A stretch of 64,000 nt of DNA, taken from a virus. Its lineage: Duplodnaviria > Caudoviricetes. Positions 9,592 to 18,420 of the stretch are shown here, in pieces. The DNA is taken from IMG/VR virus record IMGVR_UViG_3300028048_000138, positions 4,739 to 68,738 of that record; one strand, 5' to 3'. The notes under the pieces were generated by a model. That model searched no databases. It was not told the DNA's origin and saw only the letters and a list, made by a program, of their open reading frames with translations. Each line of letters begins with the position of its first letter. Within the stretch, counting starts at the first letter, position 1. A program made the position numbers and the translations under genes.

Positions 9592-11492
9592 TGTTTAGTT
9601 ATAGTGATATATATAAATTAGGGGCGACTCCTGGTACTGGTGGAGACAGGCATAATTTTAGATCTACTTCGCGAGATGGATTTAATATGCTAGATGTCCC
9701 CGATACCAGATTTTTTAAATTACTGTTTTATTTTAATAATGAAATAGACGATACTTCGGGAGGTCGAGGTCTTAAAGAATCAAATAATGTTAGCCCTCGC
9801 GAAGGGGACTGGTTCCTAGAAGGAGGGTCCGGACTGCTCACACCTGACTGGAATAGGAGCAGTGATGAATTAAACGGGGGTTATTATAAACTCAACTCTG
9901 CTTGGGGTTACTTGATGAACAACAATGAATGGGAGAGAGCAACCACATTACAGAAATTTGTAGAGTTGCTTTCATCAGTATCGACTAAATCTCCTTGGTA
10001 CTTCCAAGAGATAACCGGATTAGATGAGGCTTTAGGTAGAGAAAATTTTACTATTGGAGAAGAAAGAAAGAAAATATCTATCAAATGCCTACCCGACTCT
10101 ATTGACCATAGGATTGAATCCCTCCTTTCTATGTATCGCTCTATAGTATGGTCTCATGTAAAAAAGTGTGAGGTTGTCCCTGCAAACCTTCGTAAGTTTG
10201 ATATGGGTTTGTTTATTTATTCTGGGCTCACAATAGGACCACATGTTCTCCCGGGTGGTGAGAAAGGAAATACTTTTGATTCGGAATCTTGGAAAACAGT
10301 CAACAGTAATATTACTAATCAAATAACGGAAGATGACAATAATACATCTGATGCGTCGTCAAATGATGTCAATAGAATATATGTGACAGATGCATTAAAA
10401 AATGCATCATATAAATATATAGAATTTCATAACTGCGAGTTTAGCATGGATTCTATTAAATCCGGAATGAGCGGATTAAATAATGCTGATGGATTTAATC
10501 AGGAGTTTAATATTGATATATATTTTGATGATTGTTACGAACAGGAATATAACCAATATATATTAAAATTGTTTGGGGATTTCTTTTTAACTGACATAGA
10601 CCAAGAAACTCATGACAAACGTATAATAGATGGTTATAGAAAAGGTTTAGTAATGGATGCTGATGAAAACTCATATAAGGATGAAACAACCGAACATTTT
10701 AATTACAACAAATCGTTGTCCCCCTATGGAGTTTCTAGTACCCCTCCTAAGATGTCTTGGGTGGAACGTGCCAAACAACAATTTGTAGATGCTGGGAGAA
10801 GCATTGCATCTAATGCGGTTGACGCAGCCAGGAGGGCGGTTAGGGAGACTGCAGATAAAGCAGCTAATGTGGTTGGATTTGGTCCTATATATGGTCTTGG
10901 TAACTTCTATGAAAAGAGTATTCAAGAAAATCTTATCAAGGAAGCAAGGGATCAAGCATCTCAACTTACAAGTAAAGCCATAGGTAATATTAGTGATATG
11001 GCTACAAAGGTTATTAATACGGCACAGAATGCCATACAGAAACCATTACTCGGCGCGATTCAAGTAACATCATCTTATGTGGATGCGGGTGTCAACACTA
11101 TTAATAATGTTATTGGTGGTGGTATAGATACTGTGACCAATATTGCAGATCATACAGTTAATAAATTTGTTGACAATACGGTTAAAGCAGCAACAGCTCC
11201 TGCGGAAAAACTAAACAATATGACTAATAACTTACGTAACAACATGAGTGAGTTTGCAAAAGAAACGAATACATCCATGGATAAGAAGTTAGATGAAAAA
11301 TTTAATATAGAAAAAGAAACACTTAATACATCTCGTCCTAAAAAGAGTCCTGCTGTAGAGAGCCTAGGGAGCATGTCAAATAAACCCAAAACAGAGAGTT
11401 CTAATGATATGAGCTTAGGATCTATGGTATCAGCTGAAGAGCTTGCCGAGAGGGATGCTGCGATGGCTGGTCTCAATGGAGAAAAATTATAA
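9591..11492 (+). CDS. Putative tail-tube/baseplate junction protein with long low-complexity C-terminus
   Basis: PWYFQEITGLD...RKFDMGLFIY tube-like region; Ala/Asn/Thr-rich tail; structural operon context. Confidence 0.35.
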   Translation: MFSYSDIYKLGATPGTGGDRHNFRSTSRDGFNMLDVPDTRFFKLLFYFNNEIDDTSGGRGLKESNNVSPREGDWFLEGGSGLLTPDWNRSSDELNGGYYKLNSAWGYLMNNNEWERATTLQKFVELLSSVSTKSPWYFQEITGLDEALGRENFTIGEERKKISIKCLPDSIDHRIESLLSMYRSIVWSHVKKCEVVPANLRKFDMGLFIYSGLTIGPHVLPGGEKGNTFDSESWKTVNSNITNQITEDDNNTSDASSNDVNRIYVTDALKNASYKYIEFHNCEFSMDSIKSGMSGLNNADGFNQEFNIDIYFDDCYEQEYNQYILKLFGDFFLTDIDQETHDKRIIDGYRKGLVMDADENSYKDETTEHFNYNKSLSPYGVSSTPPKMSWVERAKQQFVDAGRSIASNAVDAARRAVRETADKAANVVGFGPIYGLGNFYEKSIQENLIKEARDQASQLTSKAIGNISDMATKVINTAQNAIQKPLLGAIQVTSSYVDAGVNTINNVIGGGIDTVTNIADHTVNKFVDNTVKAATAPAEKLNNMTNNLRNNMSEFAKETNTSMDKKLDEKFNIEKETLNTSRPKKSPAVESLGSMSNKPKTESSNDMSLGSMVSAEELAERDAAMAGLNGEKL

Positions 11493-11502
11493 TTAATTGA
11501 TT

Positions 11503-11907
11503 ATGAAAACATTATACGAAGCACTTGATTTTAAACAGGATACAATATTTGTTATTGTTAAACCCGGTTTTCTAAAGTACACAAAGGATATTATTAAACT
11601 CTTCGAAGAGAAAGGTTGGGCCTTGGGTAAGATTCGTACCAAACAACTATTACTACAAGAAGCTCAACGTCTTTATGAGCCACATAAAAAAGAGGATTTT
11701 TTTAAACCTCTCTGTGAGTATATGATCAGTGAACCAACAACCGCTATCTTGTTTGTTAGAGACGAACCCTTGAAGAATAAGTTTAAGAAAGTTGGTGAAC
11801 TCAAAGATGTAATTCGTAAGAAGTATGGCGAGAGCGAGATGAGAAATTGCATACATTCAAGTGACTCTGAAGAAAGATTGAATATTGAAAAAGGGATCTA
11901 TTTTTAG
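11503..11907 (+). CDS. ndk: Nucleoside diphosphate kinase
   Basis: VIVKPG, LYEPHKKEDFFKPLCEYMISEP and RNCIHSSDS (catalytic His). Confidence 0.9.
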   Translation: MKTLYEALDFKQDTIFVIVKPGFLKYTKDIIKLFEEKGWALGKIRTKQLLLQEAQRLYEPHKKEDFFKPLCEYMISEPTTAILFVRDEPLKNKFKKVGELKDVIRKKYGESEMRNCIHSSDSEERLNIEKGIYF

Positions 11908-11935
11908 ATCCTTTTTTAATATATTATTTAAAGAT

Positions 11936-12115
11936 ATGGGATTTGAAAAAGCAATAGAACACGGAAAGACAAAACGTAAGCCTTATCGAGGGAGTAAACG
12001 TTTTGATTGCAGCTGTCGTAATCACGGAGAGTGCTCTTGGTGTAGACGGAATCGAACATATAAAACCATCCGAGATCTTGAGAAAACAGATCAGGAGATG
12101 AAGGAAAGTGTATGA
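11936..12115 (+). CDS. Small basic Cys/His protein
   Basis: ATG 11936; RFDCSCRNHGECSWCRRNR; ATGA overlap with the next gene. Confidence 0.6.
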   Translation: MGFEKAIEHGKTKRKPYRGSKRFDCSCRNHGECSWCRRNRTYKTIRDLEKTDQEMKESV

Positions 12116-12582
12116 GTATATTTGATACAAATCTTGTCGAAGAAACCTGGGTTGGTATGGGATATAAATTCTGGAACTGTACCAATCCAAAAAACACCGC
12201 TATCTGGGATGATATTCTAAAATTAAACTTCTCGCGGGATAAACTTAAAGAGAAAGTAAAAGAGTTAATATTACGAGAAGACGGAACGATGAAGATATCC
12301 GAGAGTGAGTTTCAAGACATGAATGATGTTCTTGAAAATCATAGCATATTTAAGTTAAGTAAGGAATACATATATATAATTTTAATTTGTCTCGTCGCCC
12401 CGACCCTTAATGAAAACGATCTTTCAAAAATATTCACTTCATGCCTTAAACAAACCCAACTAAGACGAGGAGCGGATGTGGTGGTTACTGTTAAATTCCC
12501 CGGAAGTGAACATTGTCTTATATTTATCAAAGCAAATACCACTACTCCTCAGGGTATAGGGATTACTTTGAAAAGAAAGTAA
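12112..12582 (+). CDS. Hypothetical protein, MSIFD-start class
   Basis: Starts MSIFDTNL; ends in a beta-strand plus KRK. Confidence 0.6.
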   Translation: MSIFDTNLVEETWVGMGYKFWNCTNPKNTAIWDDILKLNFSRDKLKEKVKELILREDGTMKISESEFQDMNDVLENHSIFKLSKEYIYIILICLVAPTLNENDLSKIFTSCLKQTQLRRGADVVVTVKFPGSEHCLIFIKANTTTPQGIGITLKRK

Positions 12583-12600
12583 TACTCTTATTATTTAAAT

Positions 12601-13419
12601 ATGAATAATACAACGGGAAAACCTATATGGACTAAAGAATTTGAGGACGAGGTAGACTTCGCGTTCATAACAAGAGTACAAAACGAGGTTACATCGGGTT
12701 GTAGTCTACCATTCGCTCTTCCATCCGAACGTATAACAGCTGCCATTATTAAAACAGCACAGTGGTTTTGGCAGATGGATGATCTGGCTGTTGAAGAAAG
12801 ATATTATATAATCAAAAATTCCGATATACGTAAGTGTAATGCATTTAATAAGATAGTTCAACTCCCTCAACAGGTACTTGGTGTACATGGCTGTTATAGA
12901 ATAGACCAAGGTATGAAGATGGGTGTAATGGGTGATTTTAGTATTGAGCGCGTCCTTTTAAGTTCATATTCTATGTTTGGTGGAGTAGGAACGGTAGGTG
13001 GTGGATTCGTACCGGGATCAACACAAGGTTATTCTCTTACAGATATGACAATGTCTATGTATGAGATTGATACATTTGAATCTACACTTAATCCCACACT
13101 TACATATAACTACAATCAATTCTCACATAAACTCGTGCTTCTCGGCGACATCAGTTGGTCGGATGTACTTATTTGTTGTGATCTAAGATGTAGGATACAG
13201 GACCTGTATAATAACTATTTCTTCTTCAAAGCAGTTGTTGCTAATTTAAAGAAAGAACTTGGTAATATATATGGTATCTATGAATTCAAACTTCCAGGCG
13301 GCGTGACTATTAATATCAGTCAACTCACCGACCAAGCAGATAATGATCTTGAAGAAGTAAAAGAATACTTTGAGAATAATAGGGCTGCTGATTATTTCTT
13401 CATGCCAAATACTCTCTAA
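12601..13419 (+). CDS. Neck protein, T4 gp13-like
   Basis: FKLPGGVTIN motif near the C-terminus. Confidence 0.75.
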   Translation: MNNTTGKPIWTKEFEDEVDFAFITRVQNEVTSGCSLPFALPSERITAAIIKTAQWFWQMDDLAVEERYYIIKNSDIRKCNAFNKIVQLPQQVLGVHGCYRIDQGMKMGVMGDFSIERVLLSSYSMFGGVGTVGGGFVPGSTQGYSLTDMTMSMYEIDTFESTLNPTLTYNYNQFSHKLVLLGDISWSDVLICCDLRCRIQDLYNNYFFFKAVVANLKKELGNIYGIYEFKLPGGVTINISQLTDQADNDLEEVKEYFENNRAADYFFMPNTL

Positions 13420-13466
13420 ACATATTGTTATTTATTGCAAAAACATAGTTATTTTCGATTTAAAAC

Positions 13467-13500
13467 AAAAGGATGACCATTTAGTCATCCTTTCTTTTTT
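13467..13500. terminator. Intrinsic terminator between convergent genes
   Basis: AAAGGATGAC-cattta-GTCATCCTTT stem plus T-tract. Confidence 0.8.
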
Positions 13501-13520
13501 CTCTTGTTAAAATCGATTTT

Positions 13521-14312
13521 TTAATCCCCTACATAATCACCAGGACCCTTGCTAGCGTAGTAATCAGTAATACCTTTTCCTACTTCATCCATTACATCGG
13601 CAAATCTCTGGAGTCTCTTGTCTGCACGGAGTTCTGTGAGAAGATCTTTCATTTTCTTTCTATCAAACAGGGCAGTTATCACAATATGATACTCAGGGAG
13701 GAGCGGAGAGTGATCACTTTCGTATTTATATTCAACTTTATAAACAACCGCTTCAAATCCCTTCACGCAATCATACATCTTCTGACGAAGGATAGTTTGA
13801 TCTTCAGCAGGGAGGTTATTATAACCATTTCCATAACGACTAGGTGTAAAAACTGGTGTAATGTCCTTAGTTACTTTTTCAATAACCTTATAATTATCTT
13901 CCCCGAACTGCTTATAAGTAGGAGCAGAAACATCATATCTCAATGTATAATACGGTTCACCAAGTTCAATCTCAGATCTTTTCCCATAATATACTTTTGG
14001 ATTAGTGAACTCGCTGTGTATCAACCCGATATCACTCATTTCTTTATACAGTTCATCAAAGAGTGGACTCTCCTCAAAGAGAGATACACCAACAGTGAAA
14101 TCAGAACCAGCAGAAACGTTCCTCTTAGAGGGGTGTTCTTTCATCCATTCACCAACGCCCTTCACTACATCCTCTTCAAACTGTCCCTTATATTTATCTA
14201 CAAGCGCCATCCACTTAGGGCGAGCGTGAAAAAGATCTGTTTTAATGACCACCCGCTCGAGCTCAGTGTAAGTCTTATTCCGACTAATTATAGATTCAAA
14301 TAATGTTCTCAT
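13521..14312 (-). CDS. Hypothetical protein with MRTLFE|SII leader
   Basis: ATG 14312; leader resembles the MKSLxESLFD family. Confidence 0.6.
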   Translation of the reverse strand: MRTLFESIISRNKTYTELERVVIKTDLFHARPKWMALVDKYKGQFEEDVVKGVGEWMKEHPSKRNVSAGSDFTVGVSLFEESPLFDELYKEMSDIGLIHSEFTNPKVYYGKRSEIELGEPYYTLRYDVSAPTYKQFGEDNYKVIEKVTKDITPVFTPSRYGNGYNNLPAEDQTILRQKMYDCVKGFEAVVYKVEYKYESDHSPLLPEYHIVITALFDRKKMKDLLTELRADKRLQRFADVMDEVGKGITDYYASKGPGDYVGD

Positions 14313-14347
14313 GTATTTAATTAACAATTTTATTCTAAAAATTTATT

Positions 14348-15973
14348 TTAAACCCCAAATATTCTTAATTTTTCATCAGCTAATTTAATTTTTTCTTTGA
14401 GTACTGACACACAATTCTCTAATTTTTTAAGATCACTTTCATCCTGGGTGGACTTATATGAATTACCAAAAGCATTCATATATGCATCCATAAACTCTTT
14501 AAATGTATACATTAATCCGTTATCGCCATAATATGCCGGACCTGAACTAGGTTTCCAAGCTTTATATTGGGAGTTATAGCGTTTAGAATCACGAACCCAG
14601 TTTAAGAAACTAGTTACTTCATACTGGCTGAAAGATTTCGGGTCCTTTGCAACCTTCCTCACGAGTGCAACAACGCGGGTGTTAATCTTCTCATATTCGT
14701 CTATAAGTTTATCATACTCACCACTTTCATCTTTCTTCCTCGCAAGTTTAGCTTGTGCAATCAGATCTTTATATCTCTTGATATTCTCTCGCGCTATGGC
14801 TTTATACTGTTCTACATCACCCGGATTAATCATTCCCTTCCTGTTCTCTTCTCTTTCCTTATGGATATTCCATGCGGTACCAGTATCTGTACCCGTGGCT
14901 CTTCCGGAGTTGATTACAACAACAGTATATCCAACTCCGTAACGAAGGAGTTTTTCTCTGGCCTCTGTTTTTGAATATATCGTTCCAGTACTTACTTTTT
15001 CACTACTACCATTATGAGGAATATTTATCCATTCAATACCAACAGATTGACTACCACGCGCCCTGGCAACATATCCAAAACCACCAATAAACTCCCCTTT
15101 ATCTTCGTTATATACTAATATAACATCAGCTCCTTCGCGGTTATTAGAACTATAAGCATCATAGAAAGCTTTTCCAAGTTCTTTCTTATCCTTCTCATCA
15201 CTCATGTCATAGACATCGATATCGTCGCTGGTTATCTTATCAAGAAGCCTAATAGAGTTCCCACCAAATGATGACTCTTTTCCATAACGGAATACATCTT
15301 TAATACTGCTATAACGATCGGGTTCGTTTTCTCTCCATGAGTATTCTTTATAAGGATATTTCTTCAGCTGACGTGCCAGTCTCTGTAACCACGGGTTATT
15401 AAGAGTCTCGGTTACCACTCCTTCAACAACATCTGCTTCTATTTCTTCAGCACCACAGAAAACTTTCTTAATAACATGAACTTCATTCTTCAGTTGTTCC
15501 GCACTATACTTCTTACCATTACCACTCCAGTATAAGTTTCCGAATACAGCATCAATTCCTTCCCAACTCTTCACCTTCTTACAGTTTGTCACACTCAGAT
15601 CACCTTTGATCATCCCAGGAAGACCCTTAAGAGATGTAAGGGAAGGACATAAGTTGATAGTGATGCTCCCATCAAAAACTGGCATCTTTTCAAGAAAACT
15701 GCCTTCAAGTGTGGTTAAGTTAGGGCAGTTCTCTATAATGAGTTTGCCGTGGAAATCCCTACAATTAAAATGTATTTTATCCGATTTTAACCCTGTTACA
15801 ATAAGTTTACCGTTAACCCTTACAGAACCATCCTTAAAGTTAACTAAATCATATTTTCCTTTACAATTATTTAAAAATGCAGCGGCTGCGTCTTTATTTA
15901 CTTCTTTTGCAAGACGATCATCACCCACTGCATCAAATAAACCTTCGTTTAACACATTGATTAATGACTTCAT
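14348..15973 (-). CDS. Leucine-rich-repeat-like/coiled-coil protein with MKSLINVLNE|GLFD leader
   Basis: LTTLEG, LTSLKG and VKSWEG repeats; late-type motif 4 nt before ATG. Confidence 0.6.
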   Translation of the reverse strand: MKSLINVLNEGLFDAVGDDRLAKEVNKDAAAAFLNNCKGKYDLVNFKDGSVRVNGKLIVTGLKSDKIHFNCRDFHGKLIIENCPNLTTLEGSFLEKMPVFDGSITINLCPSLTSLKGLPGMIKGDLSVTNCKKVKSWEGIDAVFGNLYWSGNGKKYSAEQLKNEVHVIKKVFCGAEEIEADVVEGVVTETLNNPWLQRLARQLKKYPYKEYSWRENEPDRYSSIKDVFRYGKESSFGGNSIRLLDKITSDDIDVYDMSDEKDKKELGKAFYDAYSSNNREGADVILVYNEDKGEFIGGFGYVARARGSQSVGIEWINIPHNGSSEKVSTGTIYSKTEAREKLLRYGVGYTVVVINSGRATGTDTGTAWNIHKEREENRKGMINPGDVEQYKAIARENIKRYKDLIAQAKLARKKDESGEYDKLIDEYEKINTRVVALVRKVAKDPKSFSQYEVTSFLNWVRDSKRYNSQYKAWKPSSGPAYYGDNGLMYTFKEFMDAYMNAFGNSYKSTQDESDLKKLENCVSVLKEKIKLADEKLRIFGV

Positions 15974-15983
15974 ATATCAATAA

Positions 15984-16637
15984 TCAATGATTGCCAGAAA
16001 GAATTTTATATTTGAGATATGTATTATATCCACATAGAAGAGGTTTACAAGTTATGTACTTATTATATATACCAATTAACGAATCTTCATAGTTCTTATC
16101 ACTGGCATATCGTTTTCCGTTACAATCGACGTATTTAATCATAAGATCTTTTTCGGTCTTACCATTAACAAGGTAACGCGACTTCAGCAATTTCATATAA
16201 GGTTCCAATGAGAGATCAGGATGTTTATATTTGCCGTTTTTACTAATCTTCTCATAACTGTGCCCGTCATAAGCAAATACGTTAAATACAGAGTTGGTTT
16301 TCGCTGCCATACCCTTTGTGCCGAAATGTGACTCTAACTGTCCCTGTGCGAGTACAAAGAAAAGGTCAATATCATACTCTTCACAGGCCTTTAAGATAGC
16401 AAGCCCATTCATACAAGTACTTGGAGCCACAGTTCGGATGATACTATCAATGCTCGTGACAAGATCTGCCCGGGCCCCGTCATAAAGGAGTTCTACGTTT
16501 TCGCGATAGATTTTATAAGAATATTCTTTTTTAGAAATTTGAAATACACCAATACCCAAAGCAATAATTAAAAAAACAATGATAATGTTAGTGTTAGTGT
16601 TAGTTTTAAGAAAATTTACAAAATTTTTAACAGACAT
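15984..16637 (-). CDS. Glucosaminidase (GH73-like) endolysin with N-terminal membrane anchor
   Basis: Hydrophobic IIIVFLIIALGIGVF; LAQGQLESHFG and NSVFNV motifs, plus YASDKNY. Confidence 0.75.
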   Translation of the reverse strand: MSVKNFVNFLKTNTNTNIIIVFLIIALGIGVFQISKKEYSYKIYRENVELLYDGARADLVTSIDSIIRTVAPSTCMNGLAILKACEEYDIDLFFVLAQGQLESHFGTKGMAAKTNSVFNVFAYDGHSYEKISKNGKYKHPDLSLEPYMKLLKSRYLVNGKTEKDLMIKYVDCNGKRYASDKNYEDSLIGIYNKYITCKPLLCGYNTYLKYKILSGNH

Positions 16638-16701
16638 AATCTTTATGGGTTTAACCGTTAATGATTATATATAGCAAAATGATTTGTTAAATTTACTATT
16701 T

Positions 16702-16944
16702 TCAACGGTTTTTCCAATGCACATTCTTGAAATTCTTCAAGATATCTATTGATTTTAACATAAAGATTATACAAGAATCATATATTTTTAACGCAAGTTT
16801 CATGATAGGATTTTGGCTCTCAACTATGGGTTTAGAAAGGATGTGTTTTGCTACCCCCTCAGTACCGTAGTCGTATCCTGGAGAATATATTTTCTCCCAG
16901 TTTTTATAAGATTCAAATCTCTGTCCGTTATTTTGCCATTCCAT
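16702..16944 (-). CDS. Hypothetical protein
   Basis: 80-aa ORF tightly packed in the operon. Confidence 0.5.
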   Translation of the reverse strand: MEWQNNGQRFESYKNWEKIYSPGYDYGTEGVAKHILSKPIVESQNPIMKLALKIYDSCIIFMLKSIDILKNFKNVHWKNR

Positions 16945-16945
16945 A

Positions 16946-17641
16946 TTAATTAGATGTTATACTTACATTCTTTGATTCCACAGGAGCAATCTTTTGTTTT
17001 AGCGCAGGTATGAGTGGAGTAAGAGTAGCACCAGCAGGTGCGGTATAAGGACTTGCACTTAGTTTTTTCGCCAATTGATCCAAATCATCACAAAGTGTCT
17101 CTGCAAATTCTTTCCACTTACTAAAAAGCATTACACTATCATCGGCTTTGCCCTCTGCCCCTAATGAAATACTATCTTTATTTATATCAATAATACGTTT
17201 GTCAGCATTCATCTTGAGCAGAACCGAACCATCTTCTCTTATATTTATAATTCCATCTTCTCCTTTTCTTATTACCCATCCATCACCATTAGAGAAATAT
17301 ATAGTTGCCCAGGTAGAATCTTCATATTCTTTATTAACAAGTATCTCCACATTCTCTCCTTCTTCAGCTATCTTAAAATTACTATTGGTAGACATATAGT
17401 CTTTTCTAAACCAATGTAACTGAAGTGAGTTACCCGTAAAATTTAATATCCATACTTCATCCCCCACCTTAACACTTGAAAACGCATTAGCGTGTGGGGT
17501 GAAAAATGGTGGATAGATTGGAGGGAGGAGTTCGGGATCATCTTGATCGGAGAATAATCCCGGTGCCGATGCCTTGATAACCCCATCTTCAAGCACCTGC
17601 ATAACCTTCCCAGGTCGCATTACTCCATATGCATATCTCAT
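16946..17641 (-). CDS. Baseplate central spike, gp5/gpV OB-fold-like
   Basis: GKVMQVLEDGVIK...SSVKVGDEVWI OB-fold pattern followed by beta-rich repeats. Confidence 0.6.
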   Translation of the reverse strand: MRYAYGVMRPGKVMQVLEDGVIKASAPGLFSDQDDPELLPPIYPPFFTPHANAFSSVKVGDEVWILNFTGNSLQLHWFRKDYMSTNSNFKIAEEGENVEILVNKEYEDSTWATIYFSNGDGWVIRKGEDGIINIREDGSVLLKMNADKRIIDINKDSISLGAEGKADDSVMLFSKWKEFAETLCDDLDQLAKKLSASPYTAPAGATLTPLIPALKQKIAPVESKNVSITSN

Positions 17642-18411
17642 ATTCTAGATTCAGATAATTTTATACCAGATTCATTCAGTTTATGTTGTCCATGTCCCCA
17701 CACAGTTACATTAGCTTCCGACCATCCATCACCGGCAGATATTATTGTTCGAGGTTCCCAATAAGGAAAGTTTGTTTCTATCTCAAGAGATAATTCCATG
17801 GTTCTCAATTTATTATCTACAGTGGTTCCATCCATATCAACCATATACTCATTATCTAATGATGTAGGGATAGTGTATGAACATTTAATAGCTTGTCCTA
17901 GATAAGATATATTATATGTTTGTACAAACGCAAGCTTAGATAATACCTGCTGAGTGAGTTCCATCATATCCCCCCAGGAATCCACATAGTACTTACAATC
18001 AACAGTTAACTTCAAAGGCATCCTTCTAAACTCACCCACGAGTGTATACATAGAATCTTCATTTTCATACTGTAACTGACCATGTATATAAGGTGATGTT
18101 AATTGATCGGCTTCGATTGTTAACCCTTTAACTGATACTATACATCTTGGAACCGAGTTGTATACATAATTCTCATTAGATACTTCGAGGGGCTCTATGC
18201 TAGCATCCTGTCCCTTGACACTCAAATACATAGTGTCATCCCCTGTGCTTATTATAAAGTGAGGAATTTTCTCGTTACGTATGGTTAATGAGTCGTTTAA
18301 TTTAACAAGAAGTCCCTTAATTACAATAGGGAAGAAGAGAGATTGGTTGTTTATATCAATCTCCCCTCTTTTAATTTTATCTATCAGTTCTGTTGTTATA
18401 TGTGATTTCAT
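17638..18411 (-). CDS. Tail sheath stabiliser/completion protein, gp15-like
   Basis: MPLKLTVDCKYYVDSWGDMMELTQQVL resembles the gp15 core. Confidence 0.5.
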   Translation of the reverse strand: MKSHITTELIDKIKRGEIDINNQSLFFPIVIKGLLVKLNDSLTIRNEKIPHFIISTGDDTMYLSVKGQDASIEPLEVSNENYVYNSVPRCIVSVKGLTIEADQLTSPYIHGQLQYENEDSMYTLVGEFRRMPLKLTVDCKYYVDSWGDMMELTQQVLSKLAFVQTYNISYLGQAIKCSYTIPTSLDNEYMVDMDGTTVDNKLRTMELSLEIETNFPYWEPRTIISAGDGWSEANVTVWGHGQHKLNESGIKLSESRI

Positions 18412-18420
18412 ATAATATTG

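Noticed and set aside
9591-11492. Tape-measure protein call for the Ala/Asn-rich C-terminal half
   Set aside because: Too short for a jumbo myovirus tail and lacking TM or regular Trp/Phe periodicity; left as a low-confidence tail protein
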